A DNA stretch of 63,979 bases, counting the filler, from Diploschistes diacapsis (taxonomy: Eukaryota): NCBI GenBank assembly GCA_023645945.1. It is 16 parts of 16 records of this genome, joined end to end, with 100 filler letters (N's around TTAATTAATTAA, not from the genome) between each part and the next. Parts side by side here need not be neighbours in the genome. Positions count along the whole stretch, not along the records: positions 1 to 3,957 come from JALAIB010001810.1; positions 4,058 to 8,012 come from JALAIB010001811.1; positions 8,113 to 12,065 come from JALAIB010001812.1; positions 12,166 to 16,113 come from JALAIB010001813.1; 12 more parts are not named here. One strand, written 5' to 3'. Of this stretch, positions 1-12,477 are shown in pieces. A program made the translations under genes and the position numbers. Positions within the stretch are counted from its first letter, which is position 1, and every line of letters starts with the position of its first letter. The notes under the pieces are model-generated. The model was given only the letters and a program-made list of their open reading frames with translations. It had not been told where the DNA came from and did no database searches.

Positions 1-811
1 CTTTAACTTCTTCCCACCCAACCCGCCTCATTCACGATATATACCCAAACACCACCCTCAATCTCCAACAACTTGTTAGTTAGTAGACTGGGAGCGGCCC
101 TAGAGTGCCCTGAGGAGCTAACACGTAAGCTTTACGGGAGCTTTTCGTTCAAAAAACTCGGCGAAGTCCGGACGCGGATGGAGAGTTTCTCAAGAGATTG
201 TTGGCGCCCTGGTTCGCCTGCTACCAAGTCCTGTATGGGGCCTGGATGAGTTTTTGTTTTTGGGGGCTTTGGGGAGAGAAGGGTGTTCGATTCTTAAGGA
301 AATCATGATCCTTTTTGTTTGTTTAAGGTTTTATTTCTTGGATCTGCTGTAGCGAGTGGCCCACCACACTGTATATTACAATGGCTTTATGTAGATGTTG
401 ATTATTCTCTTTGCTCGAACTTTGGTGTATGAACCTGACTTGGAAGTGCAGTATGGGATGAAGAAGAGAATTTGTGCCTGGGCTTTTGAAACCGTTCTAC
501 AGCTTCTGATTATTATCCTATATGCAGTAAACGTATCAAGCACAACAAGGTGGGAAGCAAGCACATTTACAATCCAAATGATATTGCACCCCAATCTCTA
601 GAATCACCCTCTGTGGTACCATTTCCACCGAGCAACGGTCAATATTCTAGAAGTATTGGAGCTCCGAAGCCGCTGCCGAATGTTCTAAGTTTGATGCTTC
701 TGGGCCCAATAGAGTCAAACACCAGAAGAACTGTATAAGACGAAGGTTGCTGTTCACTTTGAGAGATCCAGTAAGAGAGTCCACGACCTTGTAAAATTTG
801 TAGAAGACTGT

Positions 812-1726
812 ACGTGGTTTGGACGATTAATATACGATTAATCAGCGTTTAATCGGACCGATTATTTATTCAATATCTTATGATAATGAGTTGCATTACC
901 AGCTGAAGCTCATTTTAAACGTTCCTCATATAAGCCATATAAGCCAAGCCATACCTAACATTTTCCCGCGTAAGCATTATTTTCACCTACTTTCCCGACT
1001 TTTTGCAACCATAACTTTTTGGTACGACCGTGGCTTTTTGTCCGTAGCTTTCGAGCGAAACATTTTTTGTCCGTTAAGTGTCGTCGATGATCGAAACGGG
1101 ATGATTAGCAGTCTTAGAAGTAATAGGCCAGGTTGCTAAGCCTGGAGTAAAGTAATTTTTCGAAGTTGGTGGTAGCAAGTGGGAATCAAACCGACGACCA
1201 GAAGTCGTCCGATCATGCCGCCTTATTCAGTATTTATGCAATATTTATGCAAAATTAAAAAAAAGTTTCTTAATAAAAAAGTTTTAATTTCTATTTACGG
1301 GATCTGTAGAGCCGGCAGGTGTTGCTGATGTCGCTGCCATCTATGGCGATGGCGCTTTGCATTGCCGTACATAAGTAATCTTTGATAGATAAACTATCCG
1401 GCCCCACTTATCACCGATTAATTGATTAATATTCGATTAATAAACGATTAACCGTTAAGTTAACGTGTTTCACCACACAACGGCCCACCCCACAAAGCGG
1501 GTTACAATCCCTGCACCTTCGTAAAATGTATTTCTTAACATTTTCACCTTTCGTACAAATAATTTTATGTGTGGTTGTGGGGCTCAAAAGCTCGCTTAAA
1601 ACTATCTAGCGCAATTACATTATAATGTAGTGAGCCGCTTTGTGGTATGATCCGTTATGTGATGAAACACGTTAATCATTTTCGTTAATCGATTATTAAT
1701 TGAATATTAATCAATTAAAGTTTAAT
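812..1726. mobile_element. AT-rich degraded transposon region containing a nested MITE
   Basis: TpA-rich sequence with no ORF and many TTAAT/CGATTAA motifs; sharp transition to GC-richer gene DNA near 1730. Confidence 0.55.
1463..1672. mobile_element. MITE family A (pogo/Fot1-type Tc1-mariner derivative), 210 bp
   Basis: Imperfect ~40-bp TIRs ACGTGTTTCACCAC...GTGATGAAACACGT flanked by TA on both sides; near-identical copies at 32067 and 48127. Confidence 0.9.
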
Positions 1727-1903
1727 CTGGCATCCCTCGCCAGATAAGATAGATCACGTGCTAGCGCGAACGAGTCCTTACATTAGCGTATCTGTACGAC
1801 GTCGTTTTCACAAATCGCATCCCTCATTCAAATTCCTTTCCCTCACTTCACTCACAACAACTCTTCGTCTCTACCACATCACCTTGCGCATGACAGCGAC
1901 ATC

Positions 1904-3375
1904 ATGGGCGTCCCAGACGCAACGTCCCAAAACAATTACGATGCCTTAGGGCTCCCGGGTCAATCGCCAACCAAACGTCGCCGCATAGAACCTGTCGTGC
2001 CTGCGCGGCGGCCCAGGCGGGGTGGCAAAAATGTTGTCGACCTCACAGCGGAATATCACGAGAATGATGAGGATGAAGCGGCGACGAAACCTGCAAAGAG
2101 AAAGCCCCGCCGTAAGACTGGAACGGACGAGGAGAAGCGCCTGAGGGTGTGGAGGAAGAAAGCGCCGCAGAGCTATTTGCAGAAGCTGGAGAGGGCGACT
2201 AGCCAGAGGCATGTGATGATATTCTTCCTCTGCATCACCAAAATTTAATTACTGTTTCTTCGATCCCTTTGACGTGCGCTTTGTAAAGGCCACGACGTAG
2301 CTAATTTTTTGCATGTCGACATAGGATGTTCGTTATCTCACGTACCCGCCAACCAGCTACTCCATCACCCCCCTCCTCATCGCTGACCAAACCCCTCCCG
2401 TCTGCACCAAGCGAAACAATCGAACTCGCCGGCTCAACCGGCAACATCTACGCCATAACAATCTCCCACACCCCCTCCTGCACCTGCCCGGACTCGAAGA
2501 AGGGCAACCAATGCAAGCACATAGCCTACGTCATGCACCGCGTCCTGAAAGCGCCCGCGGAGCTAGAATACCAACTGGCTTTCCTCACCTCTGAGCTGCA
2601 GGAGATCTTCTCGCGCGCGCCCCTGCCCTCGGCTGAGAGCGGGCAAGTCAAGGATCGCGGGAGCGCCTCGGACGGTAGCGGCGATGTGGAGGGAGAAAAG
2701 GGGGAAGGAAAAGAAGAGGAGGAGAGGGACAAAGCGACGGGCACGAAGCGCAAGAGCACCGACGGCTGCGACTGTCCCATCTGCTTCATGCCGTTCGAAG
2801 AGGAGGAGATGCGGAGCGGGGACGTGGTGTGGTGCCGGGCGGCATGTGGGAACAATGTGCACAGGGCCTGCTTTGAGCAGTGGGCCGAGGCGCAGGGCGG
2901 GAGGGAGGTTCGGTGTGTTTACTGGTAAGCCAAGATTCTGTCTTTTGTTTGTGTCCATGCGGACTTCTTCGTTCTCTCTCCAAGGGTCTTCTGGTGGGGG
3001 GGCGCATGCAGTTTGGTGAGTGGTCAAGAAGCTGACTTCTGTGGCAGTCGCACGCAGTGGACAGGCGACGAGGACTCGCTGGCGCGCATCAAGGCCGTCA
3101 AGGCGAAGGGCAGAGTCAACGCGGAGGGCTATGTCAACGTGGGGGTTGAGCTGGGGCTGTCGAACGTTCGAGGTGAGAACTGCCTTTTCTCCCTTCTCTT
3201 TCCTTTTCCAACCCCTCTTCGTTTCCCCTACTTCGCATGCTTTGGATAGTCACAGTACATGCAAGGAACGATCTTTGGCTGACCCGCTTGCCGTCCGGAT
3301 ACAGATTCATCTACCTACAACCACGTCTGGGTACGGCGGCAGCAGAGGCGCGGCGAAACCTTCGAGACTTTCTGA
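1904..3375 (+). CDS. SWIM zinc finger plus RING finger protein, 4 exons
   Basis: GSTGNIY...PSCTCPD...CKH (SWIM) and CPICF...WCRAACGNNVHRACFEQW...CVYCR (RING); first intron is GC-AG (2209-2324); stop TGA 3373-3375. Confidence 0.88.
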
Positions 3376-3957
3376 GCTCATGCTCAATCCTGGGCTTGCC
3401 CTGTGTTGCAGGTTAGTGATTTTGCGATCACGTAGCTCGAGCCCGTGGCACTGGCCCTAAGGGAGGCTGCAAGCGTATTTTCAGGCTACTGTATGCGAGA
3501 TCTATCTAGAAAACCAAAGGGTGGATGGCTGGGCTTTGGGGTTTTTTTCCCCATTCCATCCAATTCCAAGATACCCACCGTTCCGCTTTTACTGCCAAAC
3601 CCTGGGTTGCCGTCCGCGTCGAACATCGCCGCAGGATGCGAATGCGAGGCGACATAGTAATGCTGAAAGGATCCAGCACTTCCTCCTCATCCTGCTATAA
3701 TTTGATACCATTGCGATAATGGAGGCACGCGCCACCACCGGGCAAGGAAACGAGAATAAAGTCCTCGCCCGCAACAGACCACACCACAGGATCGCCCACG
3801 TGATGAATAAATAATTACATGGGGGAACTACTATATATCGCTAGTTTTTTTTTGGCGGAGGTCCTGCTTCAATACCAGCTTCTCGCCAGGCATTCCCGTC
3901 CCTCCGAGTCCACTTCCACTTCAACGTTCCAACGGGCCCAGCGGGCCCCCTTTTTTG

Positions 3958-4057
3958 NNNNNNNNNNNNNNNNNNNNNNNNNNNNNNNNNNNNNNNNNNN
4001 NTTAATTAATTAANNNNNNNNNNNNNNNNNNNNNNNNNNNNNNNNNNNNNNNNNNNN
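3958..4057. other. Artificial contig linker (N44-TTAATTAATTAA-N44); the same linker starts at 8013, 12066, 16114, 20155, 24195, 28227, 32253, 36277, 40299, 44317, 48335, 52351, 56363 and 60370
   Basis: Identical 100-nt spacers with stops in all frames; the intervening contigs fall from about 3957 to 3907 bp. Confidence 0.98.
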
Positions 4058-4417
4058 GTCTTTATTAAAAATAATCGATTTTAATCGAAAAGGTATCTAA
4101 ATAAAATAATATATTAAATAATTTTGTTTATAAAGTAATATTAAATAAATAAACGAAAGATATAGTAATAAACTCGATTTATTTGAAAAAGTTTATTAAA
4201 AGAACCCGGGAAGTTTAGTTTAAATAAACTTATCGAGATTCAGTTCAATTTAATTTAGTTAAATTTTATAAAATCCGATAGAATCGTGAATAAACCGGTC
4301 GGGTATAGTGTGGATAATAGGGCTTAACGAGTCCCGTGGGGTATAAAAGTCTGCACAGTAGGATATTTCCTAGGATAAGTCTTCTATACTTCAATATATC
4401 CATTACGTTGCCAAACA
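4058..4417. mobile_element. Degraded LTR retrotransposon end
   Basis: Ends ...ATATATCCATTACGTTGCCAAACA, a terminus also seen at 28809-28831; TATAAAA box near 4343; AT-rich upstream. Confidence 0.55.
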
Positions 4418-4877
4418 CTTTCACCTGATTATTACTAGTAATCAATATTACTTAATAATCTCCGATAATGTTGGATCTCCTAATCCAACATTGTTTGTCT
4501 CACAATCCAGCATCCATGGACCAAAACATTAGATCTAATTATTCAACATTTATTGGATCATTAATTCAATAATCCAATAATCCAATTATCCTTCCTAGTA
4601 GCCCCTGGCTACTAGTAGGACGATCGATCATTGCTAGTAAGACCCTCAATGATGTTGTATAAGGTCTAGATTAATCTAGAACCGCCTAGAACCTTCGGGT
4701 CCACTAAATGATTAGTCAGACAAACTAACCTATGTAGGTTACTAATCTGACATAATCTAACATAATAATGGATTTAATTATTTAATAAATATTGGATATA
4801 TAGTCCAAGTACTATTCGATTATCTATAATCTCCATTAATAATCCATGATTATTAACAAGATGTTTAAATATTATTA

Positions 4878-5076
4878 ACGTGTTTCGCCACGAAACGGGT
4901 CACCCCACGAAACGGGTCACTACAGTACATATAATCAAAAAATGGCCGAAGAACGGGATAATGTAATTAAGAACAGATTTAGCTTCGTACAAATATGGAA
5001 GCGCTCGATCTAACGCAATTACATTATAATGTAGTGACCCGTTTCGTGGGGTGACCCGTTTCGTGGTGAAACACGT
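4878..5076. mobile_element. MITE related to family A, 199 bp
   Basis: Long TIRs ACGTGTTTCGCCACGAAACGGGTCACCCCACGAAACGGGTCACTACA and complement, TA flanks; shares GCAATTACATTATAATGTAGTGA with family A. Confidence 0.9.
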
Positions 5077-6065
5077 TAATAGGATGTTCAACAGTTATTA
5101 ATGACGTGTCCTGAAGGGTTAAAGAACCTACAGGGTCCTACTATAATTAATTAATTAAATAGATTAACCCATTTAGGTTAGTAATCTGATACTTTAGATA
5201 TGATGAATGCTTTTAGGATATAGGATCTTTCCTCTCGATGTTCAGTAATAATAAGTAAGGGTAACCAACGCCGTAAGTAGACAAATCTGATTATATTATT
5301 AAATACGCTTAAATGTTTCATTGAGCACCTAGCGACCCATTCATTTGTGATGACCCCTTGCGCAGAGATTACCTCTAGGCATGGAAGCGTTACTCGATGC
5401 ATGGCGACGAGCATGACCAATGGATGGAAATACAACAAAGCTGGTTGACTATGACCGTCATATGTCTTACTGCTGACGGAATCAAGTATTGATCACATTA
5501 TGGAAGTTCGTGTTTGCAGGTCCGTACTGTTGTGCTCTACTTACAAGTCTCACAATAGAGTCACTGGTGTCTTAATCAATGGTATGGCTTAGGCTTTCGG
5601 ATGTTGTTACTGGTAATGGTGTAAGCATCTAGCTTGTCAGCATTATAATCAATTATCAATCTAGACTTTTCGTTCGATCGTTTTACTTCCCGAAGTTGTT
5701 GGAAACATACCCGGGATGCTTTGTGTTGCATTTTGGATTCGAGTACATAAAAACGTTAGATATGGTAAGCAAACCCATATGTCTGAATTTGTGATTACTC
5801 GTGCTCTGGCAGAAAGAATGATGGATGGCTGGGTTTATATGCCAAGGTTATTGTTACAACGCTCAATTACAAAGTTCGAAGAGTACATTTGAATGCGCTA
5901 TCAAATCCGTTCTATCCAACTGCTTTGACGCGGGCTCGAATCGAACAATACCGGGGATCCCTCGGTATTCAATACTTGGTAGGCTGTATAACTGGTTCAG
6001 TTATTATTATATCTTGTTTTAAGAGCTAACATAAGGGAAATCCTAAGCGTATAAATTAATCACTT

Positions 6066-6188
6066 CTTTTCCCAATTCCTTTTGCTCAAGTAGCAATATC
6101 TCCATCTTCTCCCAATTCCTTTTGCTTTAGTAGCAATTTCTCCATCTTCTCCCAATTCCTTTCGCTCCAGCAGAAATATCTCCATCTT
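6066..6188. repeat. Tandem repeat, 3 x 40 bp, just upstream of the secreted zinc-finger gene
   Basis: CCCAATTCCT recurs at 6071, 6111 and 6151. Confidence 0.92.
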
Positions 6189-6233
6189 TACACAGCAGAA
6201 TCAGGTCGCCTGATCTATAAACTTACCAACGGG

Positions 6234-6717
6234 ATGCAAAAGTCATGTCTATATCTGCTCGCCGTATTTGGTAGGGCCTGTGTCTCTGCCTCCAATAACG
6301 AAGCCTCCGATGATCTATATGTTCGCGACCTATCCAGTGATGACATTGGGTCATGGAATGACGCTCTACTGGCACGCGACGTAGATGAAGCATACAAGGC
6401 ACTTAGCATCAGAGACTCGCTTGGAGCGGTCTTGGCTCCAAGGGTAGACAAAAAGAATAGATCAGACAAGGTATGTTTCTTACTAGCAGATATTTGCATG
6501 CTGATTTCTCTATTAGTACGTGTGTTTGGTGGAAGGGTGCAAAAGCGGCGCCGGTTTTGGTAGGCCTTATGAACTGCAACGACATTATGCTACAGTACAT
6601 GGTACTAGGACAAGGAAGAATTGTGGGGCATGTATTAGAAGAGGAAAGAACCCGCCTAACCAAGTATATTCAGCTGGTATGAGATGTAGCACGTGTACGA
6701 CGCACAATTATCCTTGA
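6234..6717 (+). CDS. Putative small secreted protein (about 145 aa) with acidic propeptide and C-terminal C2H2 zinc finger
   Basis: Intron 6471-6516 (GTATGT...GCTGAT...TAG, phase 0) joins ORF 6234 to YVCLVEGCKSGAGFGRPYELQRHYATVH...CGAC...CSTC; hydrophobic N-terminus. Confidence 0.7.
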
Positions 6718-7374
6718 TAAAAGAATGTTCTAGCATTAACAATGGAGTTTGAGGAATATCTTGTTGATCAGTTGGCTTTATAAACGTGTCTAATCTTTAT
6801 CATCTCTCCTAGAAGAGGTTACTGGTTGCCTCGGGATAATCACTTTTGCATAACGTTGATGTAACGCATGATATAAAAGCACGATTGTCTCGTAACTTGT
6901 CTCCATAAGCCGGAATGTTATCCTACCCCCAGCTGCTTGTATATAATCGGTCCAATTAGTCGATGCTTTTAATCGTCGCCGATATAAAGAATTAATTCAA
7001 ATAGAAACAAGACTAACCCATCATTAAGCTATTACATTCATTACACCAAGCCTCGTCCAAGCATTTCGGCTCAACTCTGGATAGAATGGCTTTGCACACC
7101 AAGTTAATGATATAATCATGTAGCGAAGTCTTTGCTTCACCGGATCAACGGCCAGACCGCGGACGATATCTGAAGCGTTATATCATTACTACTAGCGCTG
7201 TCTGTTATGATGTACCACATCTGTCGCTAATCCTGCTTCGAATAGCACTTAACAAGATTCTCGCCAGTATGAGCTTTCACGCTATCGTGTAAACCCAGTA
7301 AGGCTGTTTTCAGCTGAGTCTGCGGTCTATATAATAATCCAACTCTCATCCCCAAAGTAATCTATCTTGTAGAA

Positions 7375-7450
7375 TCGTGACCCTAGTACCCGAACAGACC
7401 CTAGTTACCGAGCACGTGATATAATAACAAAACTATAATAATAAATATTT
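7375..7450. mobile_element. Fot1/pogo-like TIR remnant (family B, TCGTGACCCTAGTACCCGAAC)
   Basis: Related copies near 29824-29852, 32536-32582, 35480-35520 and 50560-50608. Confidence 0.75.
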
Positions 7451-7776
7451 AAAATAAAATATCTTTAAAAGTAATTAATTTAAAGCCTTATAAATCGAAT
7501 AATAGCTATATTTGACTTTATAGATTCATTTAATTATACTTAATTGTCAACGTCGACGACGTTAGCGCCAAAAAGCTTCTTTAAGATAATCAGCCTTCCT
7601 TTCGGGATTATGTTCTTATTCTTATATATTCTAATAGTCTGAAGCACTGCCAGCCTCATTTTCTTAACCTGTTTCTACCTCTTCTATTTATTAATCTCGT
7701 AAAATGGTTATTCTTGCGCCTAACGCGCATTAATAGCTTTTATAGAAATCAAATTTTTTTTCTTATAATTACGAGA

Positions 7777-8012
7777 ACGTGTTTGACGGGGATTCCGGCC
7801 ACTTTTGCCAAGAAATAGTTTAAATCTTCAATAATTCTTCGAAATTAATCGTTATTTTTTTTTAAATATTACTTTTCAATCAAGTACCTACCAAAATTAA
7901 AAAGTGCTGATCGATTACGTTATTATATAATTTTTTTAAGCGAATTAAAAATAAGGACTCGAAAAAACGGATTCTGGAATCTTTTAAAATCTGCTTTAAC
8001 CAAGCAAAAAAC
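7777..8012. mobile_element. DNA transposon end (ACGTGTTTGACGGGGATTCCGGCCA...), truncated by contig end
   Basis: About 100 bp nearly identical to 40133-40298. Confidence 0.7.
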
Positions 8013-8112
8013 NNNNNNNNNNNNNNNNNNNNNNNNNNNNNNNNNNNNNNNNNNNNTTAATTAATTAANNNNNNNNNNNNNNNNNNNNNNNNNNNNNNNN
8101 NNNNNNNNNNNN

Positions 8113-8770
8113 GAGGGGGGGCGCCTTGTTCCAGCGGATAGCAGGGTACCTCGATAACGGCGTAGGAGGAGCCGCCGCCCTCGGTGACGAAGATGTGCTC
8201 GAGCTCCGAGGGGGTGATTTCGTAGACGACGCCCACGAGGCCCTTGGTCCAGCCGAGGGAGCTGGCTGTTCCCGTCGCGTTGGTGGTGGTGGAGGAGGAG
8301 GCGTTTTCGGACAGGAGGAGTTCGCGCTCGCGGGCGTCGCTGTTGTTGTCGTTCAGGAGCCGGGCGGACTCCTGCGACCGGAGTCGAGTGTTGGCGAAGC
8401 GGGGCTCCGAGTAGGCGATGCCTGGCAGGTCGAAGGTGAGTTCGAGGTCCGGGACTGAGACGTTCAGCGCGGAGATTGGACGGATGCCGCGTTGGCCTTG
8501 GAATGTCGATGCACAGAGGTTCGAGCCGTAGGCCAGATATAGGACGGTCTTTCCGCTCGATAGGGACTCGGATTTGCGAGAGAGGTCGAAGCGTGGGACT
8601 GGCTCGTAGTTTGCAAGCCCTTTCGGCTCGTCTTTTCGGCGCAGGAGCCACGAGACGATTCTCATCGAAAGAGGCCGCTCATGGATTGAAGAAGGCGTGG
8701 ACTCGACCTTCTCGACCGTGGAGATGGCGGCAGCGCCTTGGCCACTGGCGCTTGACGTGAATGCTGCCAT
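8113..8770 (-). CDS. GliK-like gamma-glutamylcyclotransferase-fold protein, 3' truncated
   Basis: VLYLAYGSNL, LTFDLPGIAYSEPRFAN, LVGVVYE and TEGGGSSY motifs. Confidence 0.85.
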
Positions 8771-9009
8771 ATTTGCTGACTGTATTTCCAGGACGATCTT
8801 TTATGATAGTGTAAAGAACTTCACCCAAATAGATTAAACAACGAACAAATAAATACAAGGGCGGTAATGTTATATCTCTGATGGTGGGAAGTGGTCCCAC
8901 GCTTCTCAATAAGCTTCAAGATCTGTTTCAGACCAGACAGTTGAGTGAGACACAAAGAGAAAGAACAGTACCTTCTCAGACAAGACGTTCTATATATATA
9001 TATATATAG

Positions 9010-11250
9010 TTAGTTAGACTTCTAGCTGAGTAAGATATCGCTGCTTTACTTCCGCACTAGTGACCGTTTGGTATTTCATGCTTACTCTCAGCTCTCCTGT
9101 GCTTAGCCTCTGCTGCCTCGCTGCTCCTTTTGTTCTCTCTCTGCTCTCTCTTCGTTTTCTTATGATCCCTCCTGCTCTCCCTAAGTTTTTTTTCTGCTCC
9201 CTCCTGCTTTATTTATGCTCTCTTCTACTCCTTTTTGCTTTCTTTTGCTCCCTCTTGCTCCCTGATGGTCTCTTTATGCTTCCTCCTGCTCTCTTCTGCT
9301 CTCCCTTTGCTTTTTCCTGTCATTTTATTCTTTACCCTAGCAGCGACGATCCGCGTTGAGTGCCGCCTTTAGATCCCTGACCCGCAGGGGTGTGTCACTA
9401 ATAGATGCAGTGCCCGCCAATTCTGGAGTACCTTGTATACGTTTCACTATCCCGTTCATTTTCTTTCGTTATTCTCCCCTGCTCAGTCTCAGAGATCAGG
9501 CAGAATTGAAGGACTTTGCATGCGGCGAGCCCGGTTCATGTCCTGGCAATCCATGACGACGTATGAATTATCGTGCATGCTGGCTCCTGGAGCCTATAAT
9601 AGACCTCCTATAAACAGCTCTTTTCTTCGAGCGTCGTAATTAATATCTAAATGAATTATTTGGCCGGACCTCAGCAGGGAGACTGCGTTCTGGGGGGAAA
9701 CCTGGCTCCGCATAACCAGTGCGGCCTTCAATCGACGCACTCAAGCCCGCAATAGCTCTTCGTCTACTTGCTGGGACAAGAAACTATGTGAAGACGAGAC
9801 TGGGGATGAGGGTTGCACAAATAGCGCTTTGTCGTTCGTCATAGCATTATCAAGCCGAGGGCTCGCGGAATGACTGGCGACAAAGAAGCGAGACTTCACT
9901 ACGGAGAGAGCATACCTTGTTTATCGTTCCAGGAACAGGTGACATAGGGTGCAATCTTGAAGACGTCCTTGAAACCGTTGTTATATCCACACTATCTTGC
10001 CCCATGTTGCTAATATTGACCGCTCTTCTAGCGCCGGCTCTTTTGGATGTCTCCCTTTTGAGATTGTAAGCGGCGGCTTCGTCGAGGCAGTTTGTAGGTG
10101 GATGGCTTTGTCGAGGTACAGCGCCGAGAGCTGGCGATGTTCTTGTAGCCTTTGATGAACCACGTTGAGAAGCGCGAACTGTACGCATTTGTCGCCGACC
10201 GACGATTTTCAGTCGCAATTGTAGATTTCGTTCTGGGCCCCCTTTTCCCATCTACAGTCATCACAGATTGATCTTTGTACACCTTGTTCTGTTGTGACCC
10301 CATCTTCTTGAGCATTGAAGGAAGAACGTACGCCACAAACGCTTTGGGGGCATTGCAATTATTCGCCTTGAGAAGCGATGTGAAATGAAACCTCTCTGCA
10401 GAATTCGATAGGGTAGACCCAACCCTCTAAGAGAATTTCATATTTAGTGCTTTTGCATTTGGTTTGAAGGTCGACTCCTTCGGAAGATCTCTCCAGTAAT
10501 CGCGGACGTTCCTCATGGTCTCTTCAAAGCTTGTCGTACCTGCCAAAGATCTCAGGTTCTCATTTTCAAGCAGTCAGAGTACAGAAGCTCAAGAAGCCAA
10601 CTTCTCTGCGTCAGTAGAGGCGAGAAGATCGGACCTCGAATACTAGTTCGATCAAATTGACGTTTTGCTGCGAAAATACTAACAAACCAATTATTAACTC
10701 AGTCATGAAAGGAATAATTTCAGAGGGCGAAGTATGCTAATAGGAGAAGCAGCCACAGTTTGAGTAGCTAATAATTAGCCGCAGTACTGAATGCAAAGTT
10801 CAGCGGTCATCCAGCTTGCCATGATCTATGAAACCAAAATCGCCTTCTTATTGCTAGACGAATCTACTTGATACGGAACAAGTTTCCCGCAGAACCAAAG
10901 AGAGAAGAAAGGTAGCCTGCTTCTTGGTTGTCTTCTCCTGTGCCAACTATAAACCGAAAGAATGTTGGTCGTCTCTAGAGTCAGCTTCCTTGCGCGTAAG
11001 ATGTTCTTTATGCATTCAGCTGGTGTCCATGTCCCCATCCCTCGAAAATCGCGTCTGGGGCAACTTTGAGGAATCTCTCCAGTGCTTCGCCTCGCATCGT
11101 CTCGTTATAATTTGGTACAACTACGACACCCAGCCGGCCAACCTTATCTTTAATATTTGACAAGAGACTATCCATCACGGAAAGTTTTTCAGGCAATAAT
11201 TTTTTTCCAGCTGAAACGTGGCGAAACCGGCAAAACTAATAAAACTGGCA
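9010..11250 (-). mobile_element. Degenerate transposase, probably Mutator-like (MULE)
   Basis: Broken minus-strand frames give STLSNSAERFH..LLK (TxNxxExxH-like), VCSLRSEVSLLCRQ (degenerate SWIM-like), HPQSRL and an E/K/Q-rich tail (antisense of 9060-9359); many stops. Confidence 0.5.
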
Positions 11251-11559
11251 AAAGCAGCAAGGCCAATTAAATTTATTATATAATCCTAGAACGCCCCTAC
11301 AGGAATAGGTGCTACACTACCGGGGGCTGAGCCTGATTCGGAAGGATTACGTGTAAATGGGCATCTGTAGGCTGAATGGTTCAGATTCGAAAAGGTGCAG
11401 AACGAACTAGGTAGGAAGTAGCAAGGTATAAATACTTCCCCAGGTCAGCCCTACAGCCCTAAGGGGTTTAACCCTTGAACCTAGGGACGTTCAAGATGTT
11501 CCATCTGGTCTATTATTTTACAATATTATGTAGTCCGATCTAAAACCTTGATAACTTTA

Positions 11560-12065
11560 TAACCATAATCGTTCGTTTAATAACGCGGTTATATAATAGC
11601 GTAAAGCTATTTCTATAGTTTAATCCGTTCTTTCAGACGCAGCATCGGTCTGAGAATAATAATTAGGAAATAATAATAAAATTCATACCCAATTCTTTAA
11701 AAGACGTTTTTTAGAAAACGGATATAAAACGGCGATCTCGGTCTATAATCGTTAATTTTATGGTCCCTTAGTTTAGGAGATATGACCTTTATATTAGAAC
11801 TAATCCCTAGCGTTATTCTCTTTAGATAATCTTTCTTGTTATAAACGTTATAATTTTATTAAATTTGTCCGTAACGCTTAAAACCGCGTGTAAATTATTT
11901 ATAATTCGAGAAAGAGTAAGAATAAAATCCAAAATTAACGTATAACAAAGACGAGGTGCGGTAGAAATTGGTTATAAAGCGCCGTATAATTTATATTTCG
12001 GAATTTAATTCGCCTAATATTGTAAGTAATGCTCAATATAGGATCTCAACTTCTTCGTTATATTG
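11560..12065 (-). mobile_element. RIP-like degraded Ty3/gypsy integrase fragment
   Basis: Minus strand CAGACCGATGCTGCGTCTGAAAGAACG reads QTDxxSERT, matching the PQTDGQSERTNQ integrase motif; strongly TpA-enriched. Confidence 0.65.
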
Positions 12066-12477
12066 NNNNNNNNNNNNNNNNNNNNNNNNNNNNNNNNNNN
12101 NNNNNNNNNTTAATTAATTAANNNNNNNNNNNNNNNNNNNNNNNNNNNNNNNNNNNNNNNNNNNNGGATGGGACGAGGAGGGAGAGGACGGGGAGGGAAG
12201 GTGGGGAAGGGTAGGTAAGGGAAGGGGAACAATAGGATACCCGGGTTTGTGAGTTCGGCGCCTGGTATTGGTGAAGTGAGTTTAAAGGAATCAACAGAGC
12301 AAGTCAACGGAGATGCTTTGAGTTGATTGTCGGTTAACCTCCAACGGGGTGTAATATATATGTTCTCCAGGCAGTTCTGGTGCATTGCACAACATCCCTT
12401 TGAAGCATTCTGCAAAGCTATCCCGTCCAGACTAAATCTTACAACATACAACACACCTCCTCAACATTCTTCCCCCA

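Noticed and set aside
100..810. Possible minus-strand gene remnant
   Set aside because: Interrupted by stops, with no recognisable motif.
9060..9359. Hydrophobic Leu/Phe-rich membrane-like ORF
   Set aside because: Antisense shadow of a purine-rich E/K/Q tract in a degenerate transposase.
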